A stretch of 64,000 nt of DNA, taken from Eledone cirrhosa. Lineage: Eukaryota. The position numbers were made by a program, and so were the translations under genes. Of the stretch, positions 48,386 through 60,616 are shown piece by piece. A model generated the notes under the pieces. It ran no database searches and had not been told where the DNA came from. It saw only the letters and a program-made list of their open reading frames with translations. The stretch lies in the NCBI GenBank assembly GCA_964016885.1, contig OZ024742.1, forward strand, positions 325,190,001 to 325,254,000, given 5' to 3'. Position 1 is the stretch's first letter. Every line of letters starts with the position of its first letter.

Positions 48386-51300
48386 ATGGATGTGTTAAGA
48401 GTAGGATGTTTGAATGCACGTGGCCTGGGCTCAACTTGGAAGCAAGCAAAGCTTCTAAATGACCTCAGGTCATGTAGTATAAATGTAATGGTTATCTGTG
48501 AGACTCGAATCAGCGTCGTGCGGCAGCTGGCTCCCACCTTCGATGACTTTGAGGTGCATGCATCTCTCTGTCAACCTGGAGGTGGGGGTGGGGTTGTCGT
48601 ACTGCTGCAAAAACACCTGGGTCTTGCCGTACAGGTTGTGCACTCGGACCCGGAGGGTCGTTTGTTGGTGCTAGACGTTGGCAGTAGTGAAAGTGCGGCC
48701 TTGAGACTGGTCGCCGTCTACTCCCCTTTCGGAGCTGAACGGCCCGACTTCTTCCAGCGTTTGGAGACTTTTATGGGAACGTCGCGTTCCCTGCTTCTAG
48801 CGGGGGATTGGAATGACATCCTGGATGCACGTTGGGACTATGCAGGAGATTGTCCTAATAGAGGGGTGTGTAACAGCCTCAAGGGGTTACTCGACCGTTT
48901 TAACTTGGTCGATAGATATCGACTAGATTTTTCAACTGTGCCTACCTGGACTTGGAGCAACCACGGTGGTCAATCTAGATCGTACTTAGATAGATTCTTA
49001 GTTAGAAGTAAGGATAGGGACATATTAAGCTGTCCAGAAATGCGCACGGTTGGCTACACGGATCACAAATTAGTGACCTGCGTGGTCAATCTCGAGAAAA
49101 CACATAGACAGGGTCCCGATTACTGGAAACTTAATTTGTCTTTACCGGCAAAAGAGACTTACAGAAACCGGATTAGCAGATTAGTTAAGGAGAGGTTGAC
49201 GGGTGCAATCGTCAACAACCGATGGTGGGCATCTCTCAAAAGAGAGATTAGAACAGAATCAATAAGTTATAGCAAGATGTTAGCTGCCGATAGGAATAGA
49301 AACGAGAAAGAATTAACAGGTAAATTAGAAGAGGCAATCAAGAGCGAAGATGTGGCCAGAGTGCTGGCATCGAGGACGGCCTTGAACCAGTTTTTCGATG
49401 CAAAGCACGAAGGCTGCGTCATTCGAAGTAAAATACGTGCTCTAGAAGCTAAGAGTGGAAATCGATCCACCATCCGGTCGTTGCAAGACGAAGATGGACG
49501 GGTGATCCGGGAGCCTAAGCAGATGAGCGAGGCCTTTCAAAGGCACTTTGCCCGATTGTTCGGGGGAGGCGAGGGTCCGGGCGGGGGCGTGGATTTCGGT
49601 CCATACCTCGACGGCCTGCCGCGTCTCTCGAGCGAAGAGGCAGAGTCCTGCGAGGGACCAATCTCGGCTGATGAGATCGGAGATGCGCTGAGCCAATGCA
49701 GCAGACGCAAATCTCCAGGTCTCGATGATATACCTTACGAACTTTATTTAGCAATGCCGGTCTTCTTCTCTGAACTCCTCGAAGCGGTCTACTGCAATTG
49801 GCAGCAGAACGGGAGAATTCCTTGTTCTGTAGCCAAGGGCGTAGTCACGCTGGTGAGGAAGGACGAGAACAAGGGGGATAGTATAAATAATTTTCGGCCC
49901 ATAACCCTGCTAAACACAGAGTTAAAGATTTTGGCCAAGGTGTTAGCAAAGAGGTTGGCGCTTGTCGTGGGTGGCCTGGTGGGAGATGCGCAGACATGTG
50001 CTATCCCATCCAGGTCCATTCACGATAACCTCCACCTCATGCGATACATCATAGAGAGGGTTGGCAACAAACCCGGCTTCGGTGGGGCCCTGATCAACTT
50101 GGATCAGTCTAAGGCCTTCAATAGGGTCGACCATGGTTACCTGGATGCGGTGCTAGCGGCGGCTGGGTTCGGTCCTGTTTTCAGAGGCTGGATAACTGCC
50201 TTACATAGCAACCACATCTGTTCTAGGATCAAGGTGAACGACTACCTTTCGAAGCCATTCGAAATCACACGATCCATTCGACACGGGTGCCCTCTCTCCT
50301 CCCTTCTGTACGTATTGACTCTCGAGCCTTTACTGAGGAAGTTGGAGTTGTTGCAGGGTATCCCCCTGGAACCAGGATTGAGCAAAGCGGTGTCGGCCTA
50401 CGCCGATGACGTAACAGTAATGGTATCGACCGACTCGGAGATCGAGGCGATCGGTACCTTACTGGAGGAGTACGAAAGGTTGTCAGGAGCGAAACTGAAC
50501 CGGGAAAAATCCATCGGGCTGCAACTCGGAACGTGGAGAGGCAGACTGATGCCTCCTGACGGTGTCGTCGGACACTGGACGGAGGGCCCGGTAAAGTTGC
50601 TTGGGGTCTGGTTTGGACCGGACCTCCAGGTGGAAAAGAACTGGAACGAGGTTACGAACAAGGTGTTTCAACTAACCCAGAAATGGGCCAAGTGTAAGCT
50701 GTCCCTAAAAGGCTTGGCGGAGGTGGCGAACATTTACATAGCGTCCGTCACTTACTACCGCCTGACTGTCGTGCCTTGCCCTAAGGAAACACTCACCACC
50801 ATGGAACGCATGCTCTTCCAATTTCTTTGGAAGAAGCGCCCTCCTATGGTGAGAAGATCCATCTGCTGCCAACAACCTTCGAAAGGAGGGCTGGGGATGC
50901 CGTGGTTGATGATGCGTAGGCACGCATTAAGGCTACGGCACCTACAGGTATTCCTCACTGGTCAACCGGTGTGGGCTCCGTTCGTGAAACGAGCCTTTCC
51001 GAGACTCGTCTCGCTCACCGAGCTACAGTCCTGGGTCAAGCAAAGATCCGGAAAACTGGGAAACTGGCACACTGAGTGTGCTCAGGCGCTCAGGGCTCTC
51101 TGGCAAGCGGGCCAGGCCATCGGTGGAGAATCCACCTCATCATTCTATAGAGGGCTGGTGGCTAGCAGGGGCGATGACACCCTTGGAGAGTCGCTGGACA
51201 TGGAAGAAGACGAACTGGCCAGCCTGTTCGGTAGGACTTTCGGCCCAGGACCAATGGACAACTTCCAGAAGTCACTGGCCTGGCAGTGCTACCGGGGGGC

Positions 51301-51781
51301 TCTACCCGTTCGAGAGAGGCTCTACAGACACGGACGCCCGGGCAGGGATCCCTCAAAAAAGATTTGCCCTAGATGCGTGCGTCACGAAGAAACCGTTGCG
51401 CAAGCATTGGTGCAATGTCCGGGCGTGGCTGATCTGTGGAGCTACGCCGAACGACTGCTGTCGCGGGTGGCGCCGATTAAATTGACCGCCGAGTCCGTGA
51501 TGACAATCAAACCGCCTCCCCTCTTCACAAAGGAAGCAAAGGCGGTTTTTCTGTGCGTAATAGCCATGTTGAAAGAGGTTGTTTGGTGGACACGATTGAA
51601 AGGTCTGAGGTCAGGCAACTTCCTCTCTGGCCATAGTCTGGTCTACTTCTTCCGATATCACTTCGGAAGAAGGATAAGAATGGAGAGAGAGGTGCTTGGC
51701 CACAGGCAGTTTTATGAAAGGTGGGTGATAGTGGCGAGAATGGCTCGTGTAAATGGGCCTTCTCTGTATACCATCCTGTAG
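48386..51781 (+). CDS. T4 ORF2 APE + RT + zinc finger (1131 aa, open but with lesions)
   Basis: All domains present; short in-frame deletion at RALEAKSGN; KAFNRV and RHGCP replace KAFDRV and RQGCP. Confidence 0.88.
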   Translation: MDVLRVGCLNARGLGSTWKQAKLLNDLRSCSINVMVICETRISVVRQLAPTFDDFEVHASLCQPGGGGGVVVLLQKHLGLAVQVVHSDPEGRLLVLDVGSSESAALRLVAVYSPFGAERPDFFQRLETFMGTSRSLLLAGDWNDILDARWDYAGDCPNRGVCNSLKGLLDRFNLVDRYRLDFSTVPTWTWSNHGGQSRSYLDRFLVRSKDRDILSCPEMRTVGYTDHKLVTCVVNLEKTHRQGPDYWKLNLSLPAKETYRNRISRLVKERLTGAIVNNRWWASLKREIRTESISYSKMLAADRNRNEKELTGKLEEAIKSEDVARVLASRTALNQFFDAKHEGCVIRSKIRALEAKSGNRSTIRSLQDEDGRVIREPKQMSEAFQRHFARLFGGGEGPGGGVDFGPYLDGLPRLSSEEAESCEGPISADEIGDALSQCSRRKSPGLDDIPYELYLAMPVFFSELLEAVYCNWQQNGRIPCSVAKGVVTLVRKDENKGDSINNFRPITLLNTELKILAKVLAKRLALVVGGLVGDAQTCAIPSRSIHDNLHLMRYIIERVGNKPGFGGALINLDQSKAFNRVDHGYLDAVLAAAGFGPVFRGWITALHSNHICSRIKVNDYLSKPFEITRSIRHGCPLSSLLYVLTLEPLLRKLELLQGIPLEPGLSKAVSAYADDVTVMVSTDSEIEAIGTLLEEYERLSGAKLNREKSIGLQLGTWRGRLMPPDGVVGHWTEGPVKLLGVWFGPDLQVEKNWNEVTNKVFQLTQKWAKCKLSLKGLAEVANIYIASVTYYRLTVVPCPKETLTTMERMLFQFLWKKRPPMVRRSICCQQPSKGGLGMPWLMMRRHALRLRHLQVFLTGQPVWAPFVKRAFPRLVSLTELQSWVKQRSGKLGNWHTECAQALRALWQAGQAIGGESTSSFYRGLVASRGDDTLGESLDMEEDELASLFGRTFGPGPMDNFQKSLAWQCYRGALPVRERLYRHGRPGRDPSKKICPRCVRHEETVAQALVQCPGVADLWSYAERLLSRVAPIKLTAESVMTIKPPPLFTKEAKAVFLCVIAMLKEVVWWTRLKGLRSGNFLSGHSLVYFFRYHFGRRIRMEREVLGHRQFYERWVIVARMARVNGPSLYTIL

Positions 51782-52014
51782 GTAAGGAAGTAAAGGAGAG
51801 GGGAGCACCTTCTCCATGTGCTCCCCGGGCAAAGGATTGCACACTTTTTCGGGGGTGTATGCAACCCCCATCACGTCCCCTCCCTTTTGAGGTTATTTTC
51901 GATTATTTTCATGTTACACCCTTTTTACTCGATTATATGTAAACTCCCCCTTTGTATTTGTCCCTTCTTTTTATGCCTTTATGGTAAATAAAGAAATCTA
52001 TCTATCTATCTATC

Positions 52015-54571
52015 GCTGGTATTAGACGTGTGTTACTTCGGCCGCAGCCTTTTGGATTTGTATTACGTTTTTGACTGTGAGTTTGTTTTTCATTTGCTTT
52101 ATTTGTGTGACCTAACCTCCCGCCTGGACTTGCAGACGGGTGGTTATTTTATTTTGACCCCTTTTTGGGGGTAAAAACTACTTTGAAAAATTTGTATACC
52201 AACTTACAATAATGAGGAGACGAAGTCCTGCAAGGGGCCGATTTCAGGTGCTGAAATAGGGGACGTACTGAGCCAATGCGGCAAACGAAAATATCCGGCT
52301 CTCGACTGTCTTCCATACGAACTATATCCAGCTATGCCGGACTTGTTCCCCGATCTCCCCCGGCGGTCTACTGCAACTGGCAACAGAACGGGAGAATTCC
52401 CTGTTCTGTGACCAAGGTCGTAGTCTCGCTAGTAAGGAAGGACGAGAACAAGGGGGACAAAATACGTAATTTCAGGCCCATAACTCTGCTAAATGCAGAG
52501 TTAAAGATTTTGGCCAAGGTGTTAGCAAAGAGGTTGGCGCTTGTCGTGGGAAACATGGTGGGAGATGCGCAGACATGTGCTATCCCGTCCAGGTCCATCC
52601 ACGACAACCTCCACCTTATGCGATACATCATAGAGAGGGTTGGGAACGAACCCGGCTTTGGTGGGGCCCTGATCAACTTGGATCAATCTAAGACGTTCGA
52701 TAGCGTCGACCATGGTTACTGGGATGCGGTGCTAGCGGCGGCAGGTTTCGGACCCGTTTTCAGGAGGTGGATCACTGCCATGCACAGCAGTGGCATCTGC
52801 TCTATAGTCAAGGTGAACGGCTACCTCTCGGAGCCGGTCGAAATCATGCGGTCCATCCAACAGGGGTGCCCTCTCTCATCCATTCTGTATGTATTGGCCC
52901 ACGAGCCACTGCTGGGGAAGTTGGAGTTGTTGCAGGAAATCCCTATGGAACCGGGATTGCGGAAAGCGGTGTCGGCCTACGCCGATGACGTAACAGTAAT
53001 GCTGTTGACCAACTTGGAAATCGGGGAGATCAGCAGCTTACTGGAGGAGTACGAAAGGTTTACAGGGTCTAAGCTGAACCGGGACAAGTCGATCGGTTTG
53101 CAACTCGGCACGTGGAGGGGAAAACCAATGCCCTCCGATGGCGTCGTCGGACGCTGGACCAAGGCCCGGTGAAGTTGCTCGGGGTCTGGTTCGGACCACA
53201 CCTCCAGGTGGAGAAGAACTGGGAAGAGTTAACGAACAGGGTGTTTGCACTGACCCAGAAGTGGGCCGAGTGAAAACTATCCCTGAAAGGTCGGGCAGAG
53301 GTGGCGAACACTTATATAGCATGCGTCATCTACTACCGCCTGACCGTCGTGCCTTGCCCAAGGGAAACGCTCACCAAAATGGAGCGCGCACTCTTCCAAT
53401 TCCTTTGGAAGAAACGGGCTCCTTTGGTGAGGAGATACATCTGCTGTCAACACCCTTCGAAAGGAGGGCTGGGGTTGCCGTGGTAGCTGATGCGTAAACA
53501 CGCATTAAGGCTACGGCACCTCCAGGTTTTCCTCATCGGCTAACAGGTGTGGGCCCCGTTTGTGAGACGTACCTTTCCGAGACACGTCTCACTCACCGAG
53601 CTGCAATCCTGGATCAAGCAAAGACCGATAAAACTGGGCGCCTGGCACACCGAGTGTGCCCAGGCGCTCACGGCTCTCTGGCAGGCGGACACGGCTATTG
53701 GTGGAGACTCCACCTCGTCATTCTATAGAGGGCTGGTGGTTAGTAGGTGCGACGACGCCCTCGGAGAAGCCCTAGGCATGGAAGAAGACGAACTGGCCAG
53801 CCTATTCGGGAGGACATTTAGCCCGGGACCTATGGACAACTTCCAGAGGTCCCTGGCCTGACAGTGCCTCCGAGGGGCGCTGCCCGTTCGAGAAAAGCTG
53901 TACAGACACGGGCGCCCGGGTACCGGGTAGGGACCCCTCGAAAAAATCTGTCGCAGATGCGTGTGCGACGTGGAAACCGTTGCGCACGCATTGGTACACT
54001 GCGTTGCCGATATATGGGGCTATGTCGAACGACTGCTCTCACGGGTGCGACCAATCCGGTTGACCACCGAGCCCATTGTAACGATCAAACCGCCTCCCCG
54101 CTTCAAAAATTGAGATGCGGTCTTCCTCTGTGTTATAGCCATGGTGAAAGAGTTGGTATGGTGGACACGTTTGAAAGGGTTGAGGTCGGACACCTTTCTC
54201 TCCGGCCAACAACTGGTCCTTTTCTTTAAATACCATTTTAAGAGAAGGATCAGATGGAGAGGGAGGTGCTCTACCCCAGCAAGTTTTATGAAAGGTGGGT
54301 GAAAGTAGTGTGAATGGGCCTTCTCTCTTTATCAGCCTGTAGGTGGAAAGGTGGAAGTTCAAAGGAGCACCTCCTCTCTGTGCTGCTAAGGAAAAGGGTT
54401 GCACACTCTTTCGGGGGGGGGGGAGGGGTGTAACCCCCAAAACGCCTCCTCTCTATTGAGGACTGTATTGTTAATTTTATATTTGTTATTTGTTTTTTAC
54501 TCGTTCCTTTATGTAACCCTCCTTGTATTTGTCCCCTTCTTTTGTGCCCTCGTGGCAAATAAATAGAAACT
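52015..54571 (+). mobile_element. Tx1-clade element T5, internally deleted, in (CTAT)n
   Basis: Starts GCTG with a T4-like 5' UTR, jumps at ~52212 into the middle of ORF2, decayed RT to 54342; ends gccctcgtggcaAATAAAtagaaac before (TATC)n. Confidence 0.88.
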
Positions 54572-54772
<201 letters not shown>

Positions 54773-54962
54773 CGGTGTGATGTTGGCACAAGTAAGGACG
54801 AGTACTTATTAACAAAGTAAAGTTTAAATATTCTCTATAATAGCTAAGTCATGATATATGTTACTCTGGAGATTCACCTATTTACACACGATCCTGTGAA
54901 TACACAGACGAAATTCCAGAGGACGAGATTCATCGCTTATAAATATAAATACACACACACAC

Positions 54963-54997
<35 letters not shown>

Positions 54998-55000
<3 letters not shown>

Positions 55001-58000
55001 GAAAAATTGAACATGGGCAGAACAGAGAGGCAGTACGACAAATGTTTATTAAATTCACGCTCAGGAGAGTGGGGGGTAGGTGGGGGACGACGTTTCGGGC
55101 ATAAGCCCTTCTTCAGGTGAGAGTTCAAAAGGTGTGTAGGGGAGTGGTGGAGAGACATATAGCGAAAAGAAACGGTGCGAATGAAAAATTAACAAATAAA
55201 GACAAAAATATAATAAATAATAAATAAAAATAAAGCATGATCAAAATACAAGGAATGAGAAAATTTAAAAATAAAGGCATGATCAAAATAAACTGAAATT
55301 AAAAGGGGGGTAAACAGGTGGTGGAAGGGTGTGGGGTGAGTAGAGGTGGTGGCGGGTGGAGTGGGGAGAGGGAGAAGGGGTGTCCGAGCGGGGAGGGCTG
55401 AAGGTGGTGTGTGTGGTTAGGTGTGCGTGTGTGTGTGTGTGTGTGTGTGTATGTGAAAGTGAGGGTTGGGGGAAGAACGGGGTTGCATGTTCAGGAAGGT
55501 GTGTGTGTGTGTGGGGGGGTTGTGGGTCGGAGGGTCTGTGCGTGTGTGGATAGGGGGGTGGGGGGGAGAGGAATCAGGGGGTGAGGGTGTAAATATGTGG
55601 TGGGAAGCACGTGTGTGTGGTTTAAGCGTGTTGTGGGTGTGGGTGGCGTGTGGATAAAAACATTTGTTTTGGGGTGTGTGTGTGTGGGTGGTTGAAAAGT
55701 GGTAAGTTACACGGATGTATGGAGATTTTGGTGAGAAGTCAAAACGCGTGTTGGTAATCCAAGAAGCGATGGTCGGAAGAGGAGAGATGTGGGGTGCGCG
55801 CGCAACAGGAAGTGGTCAGCAGTGGAAGTGCTGTGGTCAGTTGGTGCTGAGACAGTGGTCGGAAGGGCATAGCAGCAGTCGGCGGAATGGTAGGGAGGCG
55901 AGGATGGGTAGGTGTGAGAGTTGGAGTGAGGAGGGGGGTGTGTGTGTGTGTGTGTGTGTGTGTGTATTAGTGGGGTGTTAGTGGGATGAGTGAGTGTGGA
56001 GCGAGGAGAGAAGAGTGTGTGTGGTTCTATGGAGGGAGTGTGGTGTACTGGTGTGTGTGTAGTTTGGTGAAGAGGTGTTAGTGGGTGTTAATATACGGGA
56101 GGTGGGGAGGGGTGGAATGCAGGTGTGAGTGGGGGTTAGTGGGGGTAGGGTGTGTGGAGTTGGTGGTGTACGAGGGTGTGTGGGTACGTGTGCGTGGGGT
56201 TGGAGGGTGTTAGTGATGTTAGTTGCGTGGGGGTGGGTGGTGTAAGTGGGTGCGTGTGTGCGTGTGATAAGGAGGGGGAGGAGGAGAAGAGGGGAGGGAA
56301 GGGATGTTAGTATGTTAGTTGGGGAAGGGTGGTCAGATGAGGGGTGGAGTGGAGGTGTTAGTATTGTTAGTGTGGGGTGGGCGGTGAAAAGGAGGGGTGT
56401 GTTAGTGGTGTTAGTGGGGGATAAGTGTGGGGGGAGGGGGGCGGTCGAACGCTAAAGGAATAAGGGTGGGGAGTTCAGGCCGGGGGGAGTGTGGGTCTGT
56501 AAGATGAAGATAGTACGTTGTTCGACCGTAAGGCGATGGGCGGGTGTTCCGTGGCACTGGAGTAGGCCACAGACTGTGAGATGGCGTGCGGAGTGTCCAG
56601 GGCCACCAAAGTGGCGGGCGATGGGGGCACTGCCCCCGAGACGAATGTCCCGGAGGTGCTCCGTGACTCGGTCCGCCAGGCGGCGTCCCGTCTGTCCGAC
56701 ATAAGTCGCGCTGCACCTCGTGCAACGAAGTCCGTAGACTAGGTTGGAGGAGGTGCAGCGGAAGGCATGCCGGACCGAGAGAGGGTGGCCGTTGGGACCC
56801 TGGAAGGTGGTGGTGTTGGTGATGTGGGGACAGGTGTTGCAGCGGGGCCTAGAACAGGGGAAGGAACCGGTGGGGAAACGGAGCGTGGGTTGGGGGGTAG
56901 GGAGCTGTGGACGAGGAGGGTGCGGAGATTGCGTGCGCGTTTGAAGGAGGGGAGTGGTGGGGTTGGGAAGATGTGGGAGGTGGAGGGGTCGGACTGGAGG
57001 TGTCGGAAGAGGCGGCGGATGGTGCGGTGGAGGGGTGCGGTGGAGGGGTGGTAGGTGATGGGGAAGGGGAGACGGTGGGTGGGTGTGCGGTGGTGTGGGG
57101 TAAGGGTGGTGGAGCGGGGGATAGCACGGGCGCGGGTGAGAGCGGTGTGGACGAGAGGGGGGGGGTAACCTCTGCGGATGAAATGGCTGACTAGGGAAAG
57201 GGCCTGGGACTCGAAGTCGGCATCTCGGCTACAGAGGCGGCGGATCCTGAGAAGTTGGGAGTAGGGAATGGAGAGTTTAGTGTGGGTGGGGTGGGAAGAG
57301 GTGAAGTCGAGGTAAGAGTGGGAGTCGGTGGGTTTGAAGAAGGCAGAGGTGACGAGGGAGTGGTGGGAGGGGTCGAAGGCGACGGAGATGTCCAAGAAGT
57401 GGACGTGGGTGGTGGAGTAGAGGTGGTGAAGTGGAGGGAGGGGTGGAAGGAGCAGAAGAAGGAGAGAAAGGAGTCGAGCTGTACTCGGGTGAGGGTCGTG
57501 GCTCCGATACAGTCGTCAATGTAACGACCGTACAGTTCGGGCGTGGGGCCGGTGTACTGGGCAAAGATTTGGGCCTCAACATGGCCAACAAAAAGGTTGG
57601 CATAGTTCGGGCCCATTCTTGTGCCCATGGCTACCCCCGTGACCTGTTGGTAAAACTCACCCGAGAAGGAGAAACAATTTAGGGTGAGGACCAGCTCGGC
57701 GAGGCGAAGGAGGGTGGGGGTGGAGGGAATGGGGGAGGGGCGAAGGTCGAGGTAGTGTTTGAGGGCGCGAAGGCCGTCAGCGTGGGGGATGACGGTATAG
57801 AGGGACTTGATGTCTAGGGTGAAGAGGAATGGCTGAGGGCCGGGTAGGTAGGTGAAGGAGTCGAAAAGGCGCAGGGCGTGGTTGGTGTCAGAGATGTGAG
57901 AGGGGAGGGTGGTGACAAGGCGGGCGAGGAGGGAGTCGAGAAAGGCGGAGATGAGTTCGGTGGGGCAGTTGCAAGCGGAGACGATGGGGCGGCCGGGGTT

Positions 58001-58204
58001 GTCGGGTTTGTGGAGTTTGGGGAGGAAGTAGATGGTGGGGGTGCGGGGGGTGCGGACGATGAGGTGGGAAGCGGTGGGGGGAGGAGGGAGGAGGCGATAA
58101 GGTCTTTGATGGCGGAGGAGACTTGTTGTTGGTAGAGGGGGGTGGGATCGGAGGGTAGAGGGCGGTAAAAGAGGGGGTTACAGAGCTCCCTGAGGGCTTC
58201 GGCC

Positions 58205-58205
<1 letters not shown>
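54998..58205 (-). mobile_element. Neptune-type PLE, second copy, 5'-truncated into (TA)n
   Basis: pLTR homologous to 8921ff; minus-strand YFLPKLHKPDNPGRPIVS, GTRMGPNYANLFVG, RYIDD, FKPTDSHSYL and a GIY-YIG region ending ~56455. Confidence 0.9.
55086..55119 (-). ncRNA. Minimal hammerhead ribozyme in Neptune pLTR
   Basis: Minus strand: cacCTGAAGAagggc ttat gcccGAAAcgTCgtc; palindromic stem III acgt, GUC site. Confidence 0.75.
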
Positions 58206-58257
<52 letters not shown>

Positions 58258-60484
58258 CACACATATATATATGCGCGCCTGTGTGAGCTCGGTTTCTGAT
58301 AGAGTCTTGTTCGAAAGAAATTGATTTCTGTTGGACTTACTGTTTCAAAGCACTTTCATCCGGGATCTTGTCGATCGATCGGAGCGAGCGATATCCTTGT
58401 GAGGGACAATGGTTAATAAGGCAATATGTTCTCATTACTTGTGATGCTGTAGAGTATATACACATAAAATAGTTATCCACTCGCTCAGATCATGTTACTC
58501 TATCTTGAAATAAGGAAATGGATGTAAATTAGTTCATTGTGAATTTATATATTTCACAATACATTATTCTCGAAGTTACACGTGTTGCACGTTTTCCGAC
58601 ATTTATACTTAAATATCACTTGTTATATAAGTAATATAAGATTTCAATGTCTCTTCATAAATGTACTTGAGTATAGGGAAACACATCAAAGTATGCTTCG
58701 TTATCAGATATCTCACGACCAGGCTTAGGAACCGCCATGATTTTAGAATAGAATATATTAAGATGTTCTTACAATATCTATATTTAGATGTTCTTACAAT
58801 ATGTATATTAAGATGTTCTATATACTCTTATGTATATTCTGTATGTTATTGTGTATATTATACTTTATATAATATATATCATATATATTATTATGTATTT
58901 TATAGGCATGATAAATATTATTTTCTTATTTCTGCTCTCAAGGCTTTAGAAATCATTAAACTAAAATTAATTGCATTCATTTTAAATGAGATTAGAAACA
59001 CAACCAACACATATATAGGCACTAGTTTCGAAGCATTCCCCCATTGTATACATTTTAAGAGAAAAATTATAGCTAATACTGCCTGCATTTATTCGCCTGT
59101 GAAACACCTTAGCCTTATATGGAATCGAAAATTATTTCAGTTTGAAATTTAAACGTCTTTAGCTCCAAGATTATGAAACAACTTCACATTAATATATACA
59201 AACCGTGATGAAGCAATTACAATGTCGTTTCTCACCTCTGTTATTTAGAAAATGAAGCAAAAGGTAGACTCCATTTTAATTTGAATTCAGTATTAAAAAT
59301 GCAAATAAAATTATGCATTACAATTCGAGGTGCGTTCTATGTGTTTTACAAATTGAACTGTTGAGTAAGTGATGCATTGCAATTTCACATTCCATGCTAG
59401 GGAAAGGCTATTGCAGAGCAATTTTGATGGTAATTACCTTTCCAGAATAGTTATGATATCTGTCGTTCTTGAACATAATTGTAGTAAACTAAATCTTATT
59501 TCTGAAAGACATTTAGTCAATACGTTTAACAATTGTAACCTCACCACTTTATTAATGACAAATTTATTATTATATAATATAATAAATATTCCTGCGGGGA
59601 TGGTGGAGTGATGGACAATGCAGTATCGGAGCGAAGTGTTCGGGGCATTTATTATATTACCTGGCACAAACCAATTCGATTCTGACTTTGCCATTCATCT
59701 TCGTGGATTTGATAACATATTGACTTAACCATTTACCGCATTTCCCATTTGCCGCCTTTGGGTTAAGTGAGAAATTAATATAAGAAACTATTTCATAGTA
59801 CCCGAGTGCTTGACACATTCCCATTTTGTTTTGGTAAAAGAAATGTTTTATGAGAGAACATTTGAGTTATATAACATTTAGTACTGTCATAACTTCGCTA
59901 TCCCGATAAAAGGAACACGCATGGTGTGGGGGTCCTTTCTCTAGAGTGTGGGACCCCATACACAATCCATCTAGAAGAGCGATTGGATAGAATGGAGAAA
60001 ATATTGCCCAGGAGGAGAAAATTAGCTTCAATTTTCCTTGAACTGTGCAAGGGTTATGATGTCAGTAACAGCTCCGCGCTAGATTTTAACGGAAGTAAAT
60101 CATCTACATATGCTTCGGCATGTGATAACGTAAAGCATCAATAACAGATAATAGAAGTGCAGGGAATTAACAGATTCGTTAGAGCGCCGGACAAGAGGTT
60201 ATATAATATTTAGCTACAACCGTTTATATCCAGTAGATTTAAAACTTTGCATTTCCTTCTTTCGTGGTGGAGGAATTTAATAAGGATTATACACAAATTG
60301 TTGTCAACATATTCATCTGACCATCGTCTACAGAAATCTATACATTTGAGCAATCCTAAGAATCCTATAGTAGCGTGTGTGCGTGACAGCTCACACCTAT
60401 GCAGGTTTAGCTGGCCTCATCCAAAGTATATCTCGTTCGAGATGTTTTGGGTAATTTAATGATAGGGAATCTAGTCCTATCATA

Positions 60485-60616
60485 TCATTTCTACAGCTGA
60501 GTAAAGTGGAGCAACGTGTCTTGCTCAAGGAAACAACACATCACCCGGTCCGAGAATTGAACTCACAACCTTTCGATTGCAAGCCCAATGCTCTAACCCC
60601 TAAGCCATGCGCCTCC
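60485..60616 (-). mobile_element. tRNA-derived SINE fragment
   Basis: Same head and core as 43911-44029. Confidence 0.75.

Larger units (their letters stand above)
46237..51998 (+). mobile_element. Tx1-clade element T4, full length, in (CTAT)n
   Basis: Starts GCTG; ORF1 and ORF2; ends gcctttatggtaAATAAAgaaatc before (TATC)4. Confidence 0.93.
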
